A stretch of 62,733 nucleotides of DNA, the filler included, from Rhabdomonas costata (lineage: Eukaryota): the NCBI GenBank assembly GCA_019059605.1. It is 36 parts of 36 records of this genome, joined end to end, with 100 filler letters (N's around TTAATTAATTAA, not from the genome) between each part and the next. Parts side by side here need not be neighbours in the genome. Positions count along the whole stretch, not along the records: positions 38,421 to 40,064 come from JAHMHO010011400.1; positions 40,165 to 41,808 come from JAHMHO010011401.1; positions 41,909 to 43,552 come from JAHMHO010011402.1; positions 43,653 to 45,296 come from JAHMHO010011403.1; positions 45,397 to 47,040 come from JAHMHO010011404.1; positions 47,141 to 48,784 come from JAHMHO010011405.1; positions 48,885 to 50,530 come from JAHMHO010011406.1; 29 more parts are not named here. One strand, written 5' to 3'. Positions 38,733 through 50,504 of this stretch are shown here, in pieces. A model generated the notes under the pieces. That model had not been told where the DNA came from. It was given only the letters and a program-made list of their open reading frames with translations, and ran no database searches. Numbering within the stretch: position 1 is the first letter of the stretch; every line of letters starts with the position of its first letter. The translations under genes and the position numbers were made by a program.

Positions 38733-39704
38733 CACCCCGAAGTGCCGCAGCAGCCGAACCCGGTGCATCACCACAGAGAGATACCTGCGCACCCCCCGCA
38801 CACATGCGTACCTATGAAAACCACAATTAATTGCTCACCTGCCCCCATCAGCTGACCAGTCCAAGGGAGAATATGCAAAGACACAGGTGATTCAAAAATA
38901 TCGTCAACCCTCACTCAGAAGTTTTCAATCCTCTCTCACTAGTTGAGCTCGCCCTTCTTCCCTCACCCTCAACCTCCTTTCCGGCTTTTTTCCTTGCGCT
39001 GTGGGCTGCTAGTTTGCCATATTGTTGGAGTCAGTTCTGGTACAAGCCGTGAGGAACGAGAACGGGAAGGGCACCCCCCCCTCATGCCCCTCTTCAAGGC
39101 AGTGGTTCCCATGTCGATATAATTTGGTGAAAGATGTATGCTCTGAAGTGCGATGTATGATGTATGGGCTGACGCGCAAACCGTAACCACAGATACGCAT
39201 TGGGGGGGGGGGTGTCGCGGCACCTGCTGGTGGGAATTCCCTGGCATAGCTCCGTGGCGCAGGCTATGGCGCCGCGGTGCAGCCACCCATAGGCGTCCAC
39301 GCCAATCCGCTGCCCTCGGAACTCCGCGAGGCTGCACACCCCCAAAGCACCCTCTCACTGAGCACTCAACAACAAAGGAGAACCATTTGGCGTGGCACCA
39401 GCTAGGTACTGAGTAATCAGAACAAACCCGACTACTAAAAAACGCGCTCTGTGGCTGCTCTTATTTTTCGTTGATGGATGTATTCATCCATCCAGATAAT
39501 GTGATGCGCAGCAGTGAAGTAAAAAACAGGAATACACAGGTAGCTGGAGGATGAGTAGGGGGCGAGTTGTTTTCTTGCGGGGTGGGTTTGATGTCATCCT
39601 ATCATCGCCTGACTGCTGGTGACTTCGCTTTTGCCAGAAAAGAAACCATACGTGCAGGGGCGGTTACAGGGCTTGAGAGCTTGCAGCAGGCCGCTGATCC
39701 CCAT
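38733..39704 (-). CDS. EXO1: Exonuclease 1 (XPG/RAD2 family) N-terminus, 3 exons; EXO1 similarity stops mid-exon
   Basis: Exons 39704-39652, 39331-39224 and 38784 onward give MGISGLLQALKPCNRPCT|LAEFRGQRIGVDAYGWLHRGAIACATELCQGIPTSR|YLSVVMHRVRLLRHFGV. The expected next motif P..VFDG is missing. Confidence 0.9.
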
Positions 39705-40199
39705 CGCCCCAAGGGTGAACTCGGGGTTGAAGGCAGCAACAGCAGCGGCACCGAGGTTCCCTCGACTCGCACACGCTCACTTGCCTTCCTCCCAATTAAA
39801 ATCTTAGAAAAAAAATAGAGATACACGCACGAAGGTTCCGAAAAACAATTACAGACCTCTCCCTACCGCTCTCTGTCTATTTTTTACACGGTTATCCCAC
39901 GGCTGGGCATCCGACGGAGTGGAAAGCAGAGGGTGGGGGGAGCAAGAATCTTTCACAGGAGTGTTCCCCTCGGTCAAGGGCAAAGGGGAGAGAACAGAGG
40001 CGGAAGGGAAGACACAGACCCGACACCGCGCGCCTCTAAGCTCAAATAGAAAGGGCACAAAACANNNNNNNNNNNNNNNNNNNNNNNNNNNNNNNNNNNN
40101 NNNNNNNNTTAATTAATTAANNNNNNNNNNNNNNNNNNNNNNNNNNNNNNNNNNNNNNNNNNNNTTGTGGGTGTGTTTGGGGGTTGGTTGGATTGCTAC

Positions 40200-41502
40200 C
40201 GGGCCCATTTGGGCGATCTTCTCCGAGATCCTGGTCTCGACTTTCTTGATCAGGTCGGGCTCGTCGTACCAAATGGCGCAGCCGCGCTCAGAGATGAGGT
40301 TGGTGTTAGTGCATCCTTCGCCTCTCGAGGGGCACTGGTGGTACCACACCTGTTAAGCCAAAATCCACCAATCCCATCAAAAAGCCATCGACAGAAAGGA
40401 AAAGCTATCGACGAACAGTCAATCCTGAAGGCATTACGAAACGGATGAAAAGTCAAGAGCTCAACCACGGTTCACCGTGGCTTGCATTGGAATAATCACA
40501 GTTCTCGGTGATCTTATTGAGCGCAAGAGATTTCTTCATTTTCTAGGCGCTCGGGGTATTTCATTCAATTCAAAAATAAACACGTGGGCATCCGCAAGCC
40601 CCCCGAAATCAAAACTTTCCAAATGCAAATATTGCATTTTTATTGCTATGCAATTTGTCTTCTGTTTTTTCATGCTGTTATTTCCGAAGTTTCCGTTTGT
40701 GGGCTCTTCTTCGGCTGTATGATCACATAAAAAAGAAGACGAAAATGAGAAAAAAAAAAGGGGGGGGGCATGATGCCTTCTCTTTGCACGTGGAGACAAT
40801 CGACACGGCCAGCCCCATCCGGTCAGCCCGCCCCACACGGCCCACGCGGTGGATGTAGTCTGCGCCGGGGGAACGGGAAAGGGTGAAGGAGAAGACCGGG
40901 AAGTCGTCGCAGTGGTCCCCGGTAAAAGGGCATATGGCCCTCTCGGGTATGATAACTAGATTCTGTAGATATTTCCTTGCAACAAACCCCAATTTCCGCC
41001 CTCGCGTGTTGGGCATCCCTGTAAGGGATCCTTTCTCCCAACAACTGCTGCCCACCTCCCTCAGACTTTGAATGAATGTGTGAGGGAGGAGAACCTTCGT
41101 CCTTGTCGGGCAAGGTCACATTGATGACGTAGGGAAGCTCCTTAATATCAATTCCACGAGCGGCGACATCTGCACGCAAAGGCACACACCATTCTTGTTT
41201 GATGACTGTTTGATGATATGTATATCGACGAGATCGTCCACACAGCTCATCGTTGAAAACACGGGGAAAGCCAAAAGCCACAGAGCGACGTTTCACTGCT
41301 GGATAGAGGAGAGAGGAACTTCAAAAATTCAAAAGATCTAGGGGAGACAGTTTCTCTGGTTAGGTCTCTTGGAGAAATGGCCACGGATGGCCCCTGCAGG
41401 GGTAGAAAGCTCATGATCTTCAGCAAAGGCCAAGGCAACCTGTACAAATCATCAGGCGGACATCTCCGTCCTTGAACATCTCCAGGTTGTCACGGCGCTC
41501 AT
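40200..41502 (-). CDS. DDX1: DEAD-box RNA helicase DDX1, C-terminal fragment, 4 exons
   Basis: Exons 41502-41440, 41169-41095, 40859-40777 and 40349-40200 give [91 protein letters not shown]...GCAIWYDE. The EKVWYH.C..RG..C.NT and GC.IWY.E motifs are DDX1-specific. Confidence 0.95.
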
Positions 41503-42088
41503 CTGTGATGCGGAACGGAGAGTGGCATCGTCCAGCGCGGGAATAAAAAAAGTGACAGGGAGGGCAGAGTCCTCCTGCCTCTCAATCACTCACATCACCA
41601 ATCTCTCTCAGATAAACTGTTCCTGAAGCCGTGAAAATTAGACCGGCTTTAACTGAGTCCCCCCTTTCGGTGTTAGGAAGTCCCTTCCTTGACACAAAAG
41701 TGGATTTTAAACTGTAGCCGCGGGAGCCTCTTCGATGGAGCTGCCCACGCTCTGCACTTCCGCATCCGACTTGAACTGGGGCAGAACCGAGCTCATCCCA
41801 CACACCCCNNNNNNNNNNNNNNNNNNNNNNNNNNNNNNNNNNNNNNNNNNNNTTAATTAATTAANNNNNNNNNNNNNNNNNNNNNNNNNNNNNNNNNNNN
41901 NNNNNNNNTGGTTTTGTGAGGAGGCCGCAATGGGGCGAAATGTCAGCAAAACCAACTTTTCGGGTTAAGAGCAACGTCAAAAAGTGCAATGCACCTGACA
42001 TTTCGCCCCATTGCGGCCTCCTCACGAATGCCTACCAAAAGTCTTTGAAAAATTAATTGCAACAGTCAAGGTTGAGACAGAGACACAC

Positions 42089-42271
42089 CTGCAGCAATGG
42101 TTGCAGCCCCTTTGAGCCCACGAAATTGAGGCTCAGGTCCAACGAGCCCAGGGTTTCATTGGCACTGGGGTCATCCGGGAGTAGTTTGAGAAGCTGGGAG
42201 TTCGGCTTGTGCACACCCGCTATAGCGCACTGAGCCAAATATATGTCTCGCAGTGAGGGAGCGGAAGCCAT
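42089..42271 (-). CDS. Leucine-rich-repeat (RNI-like) protein, first exon
   Basis: ATG at 42271, reading MASAPSLRDIYLAQCAIAGVHKPNSQLLKLLPDDPSANETLGSLDLSLNFVGSKGLQPLLQ then GT. It contains the LxxLDLSxNxVGxxG LRR motif. Confidence 0.78.
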
Positions 42272-44001
42272 TCCACTCGAAAAAAAAAAGGGGGGGGGGT
42301 AATGAAAGCACTGAAAGGCACTGCAAAACACTGCACACAAAGTTCCTGCAACAAAAGCGGTTCTTGACCACAAAAAAAGCTCAGGACAAGCAGCCACGTA
42401 AGGAGATCCAGGGCTGAAATCTCAGCTGAAAAGAACAGGAACGTCAGAGAAAAAGCAAACCCTGCACTTTTTGGGGTGCATTCTAACCATATCACACGTG
42501 GGAACGAGCGCAGACTCCCAGGGGAGGGACTCCGACGTTGGATCTCCCATTTACTTGAAATCGGAGCCTAGCTCTGACATACTCGAACAACAGCAAAGAT
42601 CTGCCAGCCAAGCCAACACAAAGGAACATGAGGGTAGGGCAGCGCAACAACCAAGCGAGACTACACCACCGTTCGGCAATTATTGGGCGGAAGGAAGGAG
42701 GACATCAAAGCACACACACACACATCGCCCACTGTGCAGAACCGATGGTATTATTCTTTGTCGAATACGGAACGAGTGAGCTGCTCCATCACCTCCGTCT
42801 GGCCGCAGCAGAACTGAGAGAAAGAACACAGTAACGCACAAAGATTCGAGATGATATAGGGGGAGGGTCCCAGGATGTCTGGCAAAGGAACTGGAGGACT
42901 ATACTTCCAGCTTCAGGGGTTGGGGAATCGAACACGCGAAAGTCTCCACATGCAAAACAGGAGATAATGAGATAATGAGGCGATGAAAAAATGGACAATT
43001 GTGCGACATTGGTGTTCAAGGGTGGCAGTGTTGGTGCAGGTTCCTTGGAGAAAGGCTGGTAAGAGGCTGTGACATTTCGACAGTTCTGGAACTTGTTCGT
43101 AGCACCTTGCTAACCTCTCTTGTGGTAGCCTAATCTGGCTGAATGAATCTGGCGGAACCACGGCACGGGCATAGGCCACACAAACTGGCGCCCGTCTAGT
43201 ACCACAATGCACCGCTGATACCAGTTGTTCTATAAAAAACGCTTGGCGAAATCTTCCTCTCAGTGTTTGCGAAGCAACGTGCTGCTGATTAGAGGTCAGG
43301 AGTCTGGGTGGGGACAAAAGGAGATCAGAACGAGGTGGAGGACCAAAGCGGAGATCCATAGAAAGCTCTTAACACGCCTTTTTCAAACTTAATTCCATTG
43401 AAACCGTCACATTCGGCCTGCATGCTGTGTGGACATCGCGCCAGGAAGCAACCGCTGGGGTGACTTGGAGACCGTTGAAGTGTGCAGCCCCACAACTTAA
43501 GTGCATGCATTTGTTTTGTGGGGCTGCACACTTCAACGGTCTCCAACAACCCNNNNNNNNNNNNNNNNNNNNNNNNNNNNNNNNNNNNNNNNNNNNTTAA
43601 TTAATTAANNNNNNNNNNNNNNNNNNNNNNNNNNNNNNNNNNNNNNNNNNNNGTTTGTAAGTCCTCACTTCATCCAACCAGATTCGCTCGGTAGCATTTG
43701 CTATCGACACTTAAACTCCATCACGGTTTGCTGGTAACCGCACACAGACCCACCCCACTGCACCCCCACAGCGTCTCACCTCGAATATAATCTCCAGGTC
43801 TGCTGGACTGCCTTTTCCCGCGTTAAATCTTCATGCACAAACTCTGATCACTCTTTTCTTTGCTATAGACCCCTCGGTAACCTACGAGCGGGGGGGGGGG
43901 GCTATGGCGGATTTAACCCAACGAAAACAGCGCGTTTTTTGGAGGGAGCGCTTCAAACGTGCCGTAGCACCTCCCGAAGAATCAGAAAATGAAAAAAGCA
44001 C

Positions 44002-44382
44002 CAACCAGGAGCAATGTGCACAGAAGAAGGTTGCTGTTCTTGCGCACAGCAGCAATCTTCTTCGCCCGTTCTCTGTCCTTTGGGGGACCAGCGGCGGCGA
44101 TAACGCGAAGGGACGTGCTGTCAAGGCCCAGCAAACCCAAGTTAAGTCCTGCGAGCACAGCAATGAGAAACATCGCTTCAAAGACAGTTGAAACATTCGG
44201 ATAATGGTTAATGCTAATGATGGTATTCTTCTGGGTAACTCACAAAACGTCACTAACCAAAGACCAACCAAGAAAAGCATAATAAAACCTGCAAAGCATG
44301 CGGACAGAGCCACCAAACCAGCGTCGATCGCAAAATTGGCAATTTCAGGCCCAATCGAAGTTGTATCGGTGGAATTTGACAT
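44002..44382 (-). CDS. CNNM / DUF21 (CorB-like) metal transporter, N-terminus, 2 exons
   Basis: Exons 44382-44289 and 44148-~44002 give MSNSTDTTSIGPEIANFAIDAGLVALSACFAG|LNLGLLGLDSTSLRVIAAAGPPKDRERAKKIAAVRKNSNLLLCTLLLV, the DUF21 signature LS..F.GL.LGL..LD...L.V....G......A.KI..VR...N.LLCTLLL. Confidence 0.92.
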
Positions 44383-46010
44383 CGTAACGAAATATGAGGG
44401 AAACTGTGAGAAAAGGTTCCGTGAGGACAGGGTTCTTTTCTGTTCCGGGCGTTCGATACGTAACGTCTGAATCTTAGTAGGCTATTGCCATCTGTCATCA
44501 TGTGTCAACAAACTCACTGCAACGAGTCACTCCCTCGCTGGTTAATAATTTCTTGAGCAAACGTCCCTCCCGCAAGTAGGACACTTCCCAGGAGAAAGGG
44601 ACGCAACCTTTCAACACTTTCCAGCGCTAATGTATTACCTCTTGTGCACACATAGCTTCATTTCATCTCCTTTTGGACACGCCTGCGGTCGACGGTGGTA
44701 TGCCCAGTTGTTCAAGTGGGGTTGTTTATGCTTTGCATTTCAGTCGTCTCACTTTTGCATGACTCTCTTGAGGGCCGAAGACGAAAGCCTCGGGTGAGTT
44801 TTGATCTTCGTTTAGGCAAATAAAACGAGATTTTCTTTGACATGGAATAGGTTTTATATTCGTCACGACCACATCCATTCCCGAAATCTTTGGTTCAGTT
44901 GCACTTGGAAGAGCCGTCCAAACAGACCAAAACCGGCCAGCAATGGATATTTCGTCAGTGCTTTGAAGAAGATGCACTGAGGACAAGTTGGTGCAGGTCG
45001 AGAATCTTCCATATTGAGACGGATTGAACATTTGCAATCGCTGAGCGCTGGTGTGCTCGCACTCTTCAAGAACGGTCCTGATTGCCCTTTTTTATGATCG
45101 TTAATTTTATATTTCGAGAAAAACCCGGCTGCTCAGCACAAGCGCGCCAAAGAGAAAGAACGGAGACTGGTAGACAAAAGAACATTCACAAAATAAATGG
45201 CGAATTAAAGGCGATGAGTTCTAAGGAAAAAATTGTGCCCCGCGTTTCTTTGAACAACAGGGGCATCCTTCAGACAAGATATGCTGACAACCACAANNNN
45301 NNNNNNNNNNNNNNNNNNNNNNNNNNNNNNNNNNNNNNNNTTAATTAATTAANNNNNNNNNNNNNNNNNNNNNNNNNNNNNNNNNNNNNNNNNNNNGGTG
45401 GTGTTGGAGCCGAGCATTGGGATGCCCGTCCTGCATCTAGTCTGGAAGTGTGAGAATTTGACGCTGAATGAGTCGGTGCTGCTTACCCCGGCAACGGGTT
45501 TGCTTGCAGGGGATCTCGTGGTGCAATGGGAAAAATGGGAAATGGTCTTTCAGTGTTAAAGTTACCGACGTGAGTTGATGCGCCGAACTTTTTGGCATTT
45601 TTGTTTTTGCCCTTGCTCTTTGGGACATGTGCACCTTCCACACCCGCTGTCGTTTGTTTTGAGGGATTCGTTGAACTGGTCTGTTTGATTCACAGGGTTG
45701 CTCGACAGTGCTTGTTTCATAGGTTCTGTACCAGGCTCCGATTCTTCCGTTTTCCAACGAATCCAATCTCCAAACCCCATCGTCACTTTACCAGTTGTCA
45801 GCGTCGATCCACCCAAGATTATGTCATCCCCCCCCCGGGGGGGGGTGTTTCTGAAGAAAAATCGCCAGTTTGGGCACCGCCAGATCACCATCCAGGTTTG
45901 CACCTCGGATTACATAACGAAATACTTCTGAGCCTGTGCTGGGTTCAACGGTCTGGTGGCATCTCTCAGGAAGTATTTGGGTGTTTTTGGTTTTTGGTGC
46001 TTCTGCTCAG

Positions 46011-46360
46011 GCTCCACTTTGGTGCTGCGGCCTTACGCGCTGACTCAGCCATCCTACACCTTCTCCTTGGTGGCTACCCTGCAGGGCTCGACCACGGAGT
46101 GGGCCAACCCCTCTGTGGCCACCCTGCAGGTTCCCGTCAACCTGCCCCCAGAGCCCTCAGGGGCTCTCCCCTCTCCCCTGTCCCTGTGGGTCTGCGAGGA
46201 CAACGACTGCAAGCCCGCCAGCGCGGTCTTGGCGGTGCCTGGGAAGTCCATAATTCGGGTTGGCCTGCGGGGCGAGGAGTGGGAGGATCTGCAAGGGGAC
46301 TATCCCTTGCGGTGGAGACTCACCCTGCTGGTTGGGGGCACAGAGTTTACGCTGACCCAG
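46011..46360 (+). CDS. REJ-domain (PKD/REJ-like) extracellular protein exon
   Basis: An AG..GT-bounded exon reads STLVLRPYALTQPSYTFSLVAT...ATLQVPVNLPPEPSG...WEDLQGDYPLRWRL, resembling REJ L.....L....Y.F.L, VN.PP..G and W.D...D.PL.Y.F. Confidence 0.62.
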
Positions 46361-47744
46361 GTGCCTAGCTTTCTTTTTGGTGCAAATCAACGCAAAAGGC
46401 ATTGGAGAAAATTGCCCCTTCAGCGAAGAAGAAAGTTGCAGTGGTGTGAACGATGAATACATACCATTTGCCCTTCCTTTTCTTTCCCTCTATATAGCTT
46501 TGCAACTGAATCCGTCTCAGCCTCCAACCGCCACGCCGCAAGTTTTGACCGCACGGCGCTTATGTGACTGTGTTTGGTACGTGTGTGTCCTCTCAGTCAC
46601 CATGAGACGAAGGGAGGTTCTTCAGAACCGGACCCCTGAAGCGGTGCAAGTGCCCTTCAAACCGTAGAAGTAGTGAACACAGTGGTAAGCCTACACGATA
46701 GCCGACCTTTCACATAGTTTGCTTCGCAAACTTTTGTACAGGAACGGACACTCGTCTCATAACCAGAGTCCCAGGGGCCAGGTCATGGCACAGCACAGTT
46801 TGGTGCCTTGGCGGCGTATATAGTCCGCAAAACAAAGTACAAGTTTGTATTGTGTTCTGTAAAGAGGACCAGAGGAAAGCGGCAAAACATAAGCTTCCTA
46901 TGTACACAACGCTCATCGCTGGTTGTAGCTCCTTCCCCCACAAAAGGCCTTCCTTGGTGCCCTGGAGCGGGCCACCTGGGGCAACCTCTCCTGGAGCGAC
47001 CTCTCCTCCCTGCCCCCCTTCTTCAGCAGTCCAAACCCCCNNNNNNNNNNNNNNNNNNNNNNNNNNNNNNNNNNNNNNNNNNNNTTAATTAATTAANNNN
47101 NNNNNNNNNNNNNNNNNNNNNNNNNNNNNNNNNNNNNNNNGTCCTTGAGCTGAGTGCCTGAGTAGCTCCAGACCAACAAAGGCAGGTGGTGCTTCGGATG
47201 AAAAATTTCCACCAGCCAGTGGTCCACACACAGGAATGCAGGAGGGAAGAGGCTATTGGTGACTATTGGTGACATGGAAGCACCTTTTCCAACCAAAGCT
47301 GCCAGTACAGCTGGTTCTTTATGATCTCCACGCCGGAGGAAATGAATGCTGCGCAAACTGCTGCGAGAGATCGGGAGATTTCAAGTGTTTGCAAAGGTCT
47401 ACGCCCCCCCCCCCGCTGTTCTGGCTAAGTCAGTTTCGCCCTTGGGAGAGAAGGCAAACTGAGCAGAGCAATGAACTTTGGGTTGTGTGCAGTAAATGTG
47501 GGTAAAAACTGACTTTGAAGGTGCTGCCGGAAAAGAGGTGATGCGAATTTTTGTGTCACCTGGAAAGCAGCCTTTCACAGCGAAAACGTCTGAGAATACA
47601 CCTGCCCCCAAAAAGTTATCTGACGTTTCGCACCGTGCCTTCCCGGTGGCCGGAACCCACCTACCCCACCCCAACGAAGCGATACAGTCTGTCACTCTGA
47701 CACTGCCGCGGCGCTGTGCTGTACCATGTATGGCGTACTGAGTG

Positions 47745-47745
47745 T

Positions 47746-47776
<31 letters not shown>
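47745..47776 (+). repeat. (CTGCTC)5 hexanucleotide repeat near the 3' end of the CRE-like remnant
   Basis: Seen directly. Confidence 0.9.
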
Positions 47777-47819
47777 GACAAGTCCACCCTGGGAACGTCG
47801 GAAGACCAGTCCGCGGACA

Positions 47820-48700
47820 GATTCAGGTGTGCACACACACGCGATGTCGACGGTGCAGTCCCTACCGCCCTCGCATGCCTCAGTCAGCAGTCGTGCTTGA
47901 CGTTAAATCTGGCGGCAGTAGCGAAACGGCCCCCAACGTGCCGCTGAGTGTTATGCCGCAACCACGCACCGGAGTGCCAGGAAATGAGGTGATCCGCGTG
48001 GAGATCTAGGGCTTCGCCACATTCAGGGCAGGCGCTGCGCACAAAGTCCCAGGTGCTGTCGGAGCAGCAAGCGAAATTCGGCCGCGCCAGAGAGGTGCCG
48101 GGGTCAAGTAAGCCACGCACGGGCGCGTGGCTCTCGCTCGCAGAGAAATCGTGAACACTGTGGCCGACAGTCCAGCAGCCCTGTGGCCACGGTGGTATGC
48201 AGCAGCAGGAGGGGGCCACCAGCACGTCCGCCACTGGGAAACGGCTTGCAATCTTGCTCTGAGGTCGTTAGCTCGGAAGCGCCTTCGCACTGGCTTGACC
48301 ACAGCTGACCACTCTGTTCAGGTGGGAAGCACAGGATTACCCCTAGGCTTGAAGACCTTGCGGGATTCGCAGCTGTTGTGGTGACGAAGTGAATTTTCCT
48401 CTGGGACGTAACCTGCAGCCAGGTAAAAGTTGCACAGGTGCCGGAAAAGATCACCCGGCTCTGTCCAACCCGCTGGACTCGAGCTCCACACAATCCACGA
48501 AGGATCAGAAGTGTCGCCTGGTTACGGGGGCGGCGGAAAATCGCTGTCAGCCAGTCGGAGTTTGGTGAGGGTGCCGCGAAGTGTGTCTCTGACTTGACAT
48601 TGGGAGAATGGATGAGGTGGGAGAGGATGAGGAGGCAGCTTCCGGTTGGGCCGTGCAGTCCTTGAGCTGAGTGCCTGAGTAGCTCCAGACCAACAAAGGC
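47820..48700 (-). mobile_element. Degenerate CRE/SLACS-clade (restriction-like endonuclease) non-LTR retrotransposon, post-RT C-terminal region
   Basis: Remnants appear in the right order across frameshifts. NQATLLILRGLCG resembles QATLP...GGLG, and LRARLQAVSQ...W...P...GLS...FTISLRAR resembles RARL.S....WL..P...F..ALR.RLG. CPECGEALDLHADHLISW..GAWLRHN resembles the CCHC knuckle C..C...D..GDH...C...RHN, and GGRDCTVDIACVH resembles the RLE motif G+..A.DV.V. Confidence 0.7.
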
Positions 48701-48884
48701 AGGTGGTGCTTCGGATGAAAAATTTCCACCAGCCAGTGGTCCACACACAGGAATGCAGGAGGGAAGAGGCTATTGGTGACTATTNNNNNNNNNNNNNNNN
48801 NNNNNNNNNNNNNNNNNNNNNNNNNNNNTTAATTAATTAANNNNNNNNNNNNNNNNNNNNNNNNNNNNNNNNNNNNNNNNNNNN

Positions 48885-49008
48885 TGTATGTATGTATGTA
48901 TGTATGTATGTATGTATGTATGTATGTATGTATGTATGTATGTATGTATGTATGTATGTATGTATGTATGTATGTATGTATGTATGTATGTATGTATGTA
49001 TGTATGTA
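48885..49008 (+). repeat. (TATG)n microsatellite
   Basis: Seen directly, about 30 units. Confidence 0.97.
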
Positions 49009-50420
49009 TATGTACGCTTCCGATGCTTTATGGTATGTCAAGCATGTGGGGAGGGTATTGGTGCAGCTGCTATGGAACTGTTGTTACATCGGTGACCGGT
49101 CATGCCTCACCATCGCTGGGTTAGCGACGTCACCACCAAGGGTAGGCTTTCTCCTTCTCCACTGACCAGTCTGCACCACCATTGCACCTGGCACGCACCA
49201 TCACCAGCACTACTTAGATGCATAGCTCACACCAAACAGCTTGGCTTTTGGTTGCATCTAGACAGTTTGTGGCATCCTATGAGGCAGGAGTGGTACAGAC
49301 GTTGCGGGTTGTACTGAGCCCCTCCTTTATATCGGTGAAAAAATTTTCCTCGCAAAAATCTTATTGCGATCGCAAATGTGAAAATGTGAAATGTGCTTCC
49401 GGGACACGTGCACCTCTTCCTTAATCCTGCGTGACAAAATAAACTCCCCCCGGGGACTCTTTTCGGACATTACACGGCACTTGCACCTGGGATCTTGGGC
49501 CGCGGGCCGCGACATCCCAGACCTGCAAAAACCAACTGGACCCAACAGTTCGAGAGAATCGCAAAGGGCACCGTCATGAAATTTGTACGATTTTGGAAAA
49601 ATGTTACATCACCCCTGCAAACATTAAACCGCCGCTGTAACCAGATAGGGAAAAACATATACCCCCGTCTCGCCTACTACAAAACATTTAAGTTAAGCAG
49701 AACATAAAGCTAGCAAAGATGTTTTCATGGTTGCTGCGAGAAGGCTGTTGCCAACTCAAAAAAGGATTACGAAAGGCACAACAGGTCGTAATATGTTCGG
49801 AATAAAAATAGAATGTTGAGAAAGGCCAGGGTGCATTTCAGCGGAGGCCCAGCAGGTATGACAGTTCAAGCATCCGCCGCTCCTGCGACGAACCATCGGT
49901 AGCCGGGCCACCCACTTCAGCATCAATGGACGCTCCGCAAAGGCGCTGATACACTCAAACAACTCCCGTCCACCACTGAAAGAGGCTCCGCGACAGAGAA
50001 GCACCAGCAGTGCCCTTGCCCAAGCAGTCCGCAGCCGACGAATTCTTAGAGATGGAGAAGAATAACGGGCCCGCCGCTTGAGACTGCCAACCTAAAATTC
50101 CACAGCAGGAGCGGCTTAGTCGCGCGAGGTGAGCTGAGGTGGAGCGCGTGCTTTTCTGTTTGATGGTAAAATGAGCAGAGGGGCTCCCCCGTTTTTCACT
50201 CAGTTTTTTTTGACAAAGGACGAACACTTCAAGGTGCGCTGGGTTGGGGGAAAACCCAACAGTTCCAAACACCCAGTCATCACCCCAAGAACGAGAGGGG
50301 CATGCGCAGACACTCAAGCACACACGCACACGCACAAGAGTCTGGTGTCTGGCGTGTGGCAAAGAAGTCGCAAAGGCAGGGCGAGCATGCATGTGCGGTG
50401 TGGTTGATGCTATGCCCCGA

Positions 50421-50432
50421 ACACGCACACAC

Positions 50433-50502
<70 letters not shown>
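50421..50502 (+). repeat. Compound (CA)n(CAG)n microsatellite
   Basis: Seen directly. Confidence 0.95.

Positions 50503-50504
<2 letters not shown>

Larger units (their letters stand above)
47141..48784. repeat. Contig with an exact 127-bp terminal direct repeat, implying a 1517-bp circular or tandemly repeated unit
   Basis: Positions 47141-47267 are identical to 48658-48784. The contig lacks the G/T and A/C WGA tails. An overlap of 127 matches a common maximum assembler k-mer. Confidence 0.92.

Noticed and set aside
47141-48784. Circular contig as a plasmid, virus or mitochondrial minicircle
   Set aside because: There is no Rep, capsid or mitochondrial gene fragment. The content is GC-rich, nuclear-like and explained in part by a decayed retrotransposon.
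48829-49165. ORFs with MYVC or YIHT repeats
   Set aside because: They are translations of the (TATG)n microsatellite.
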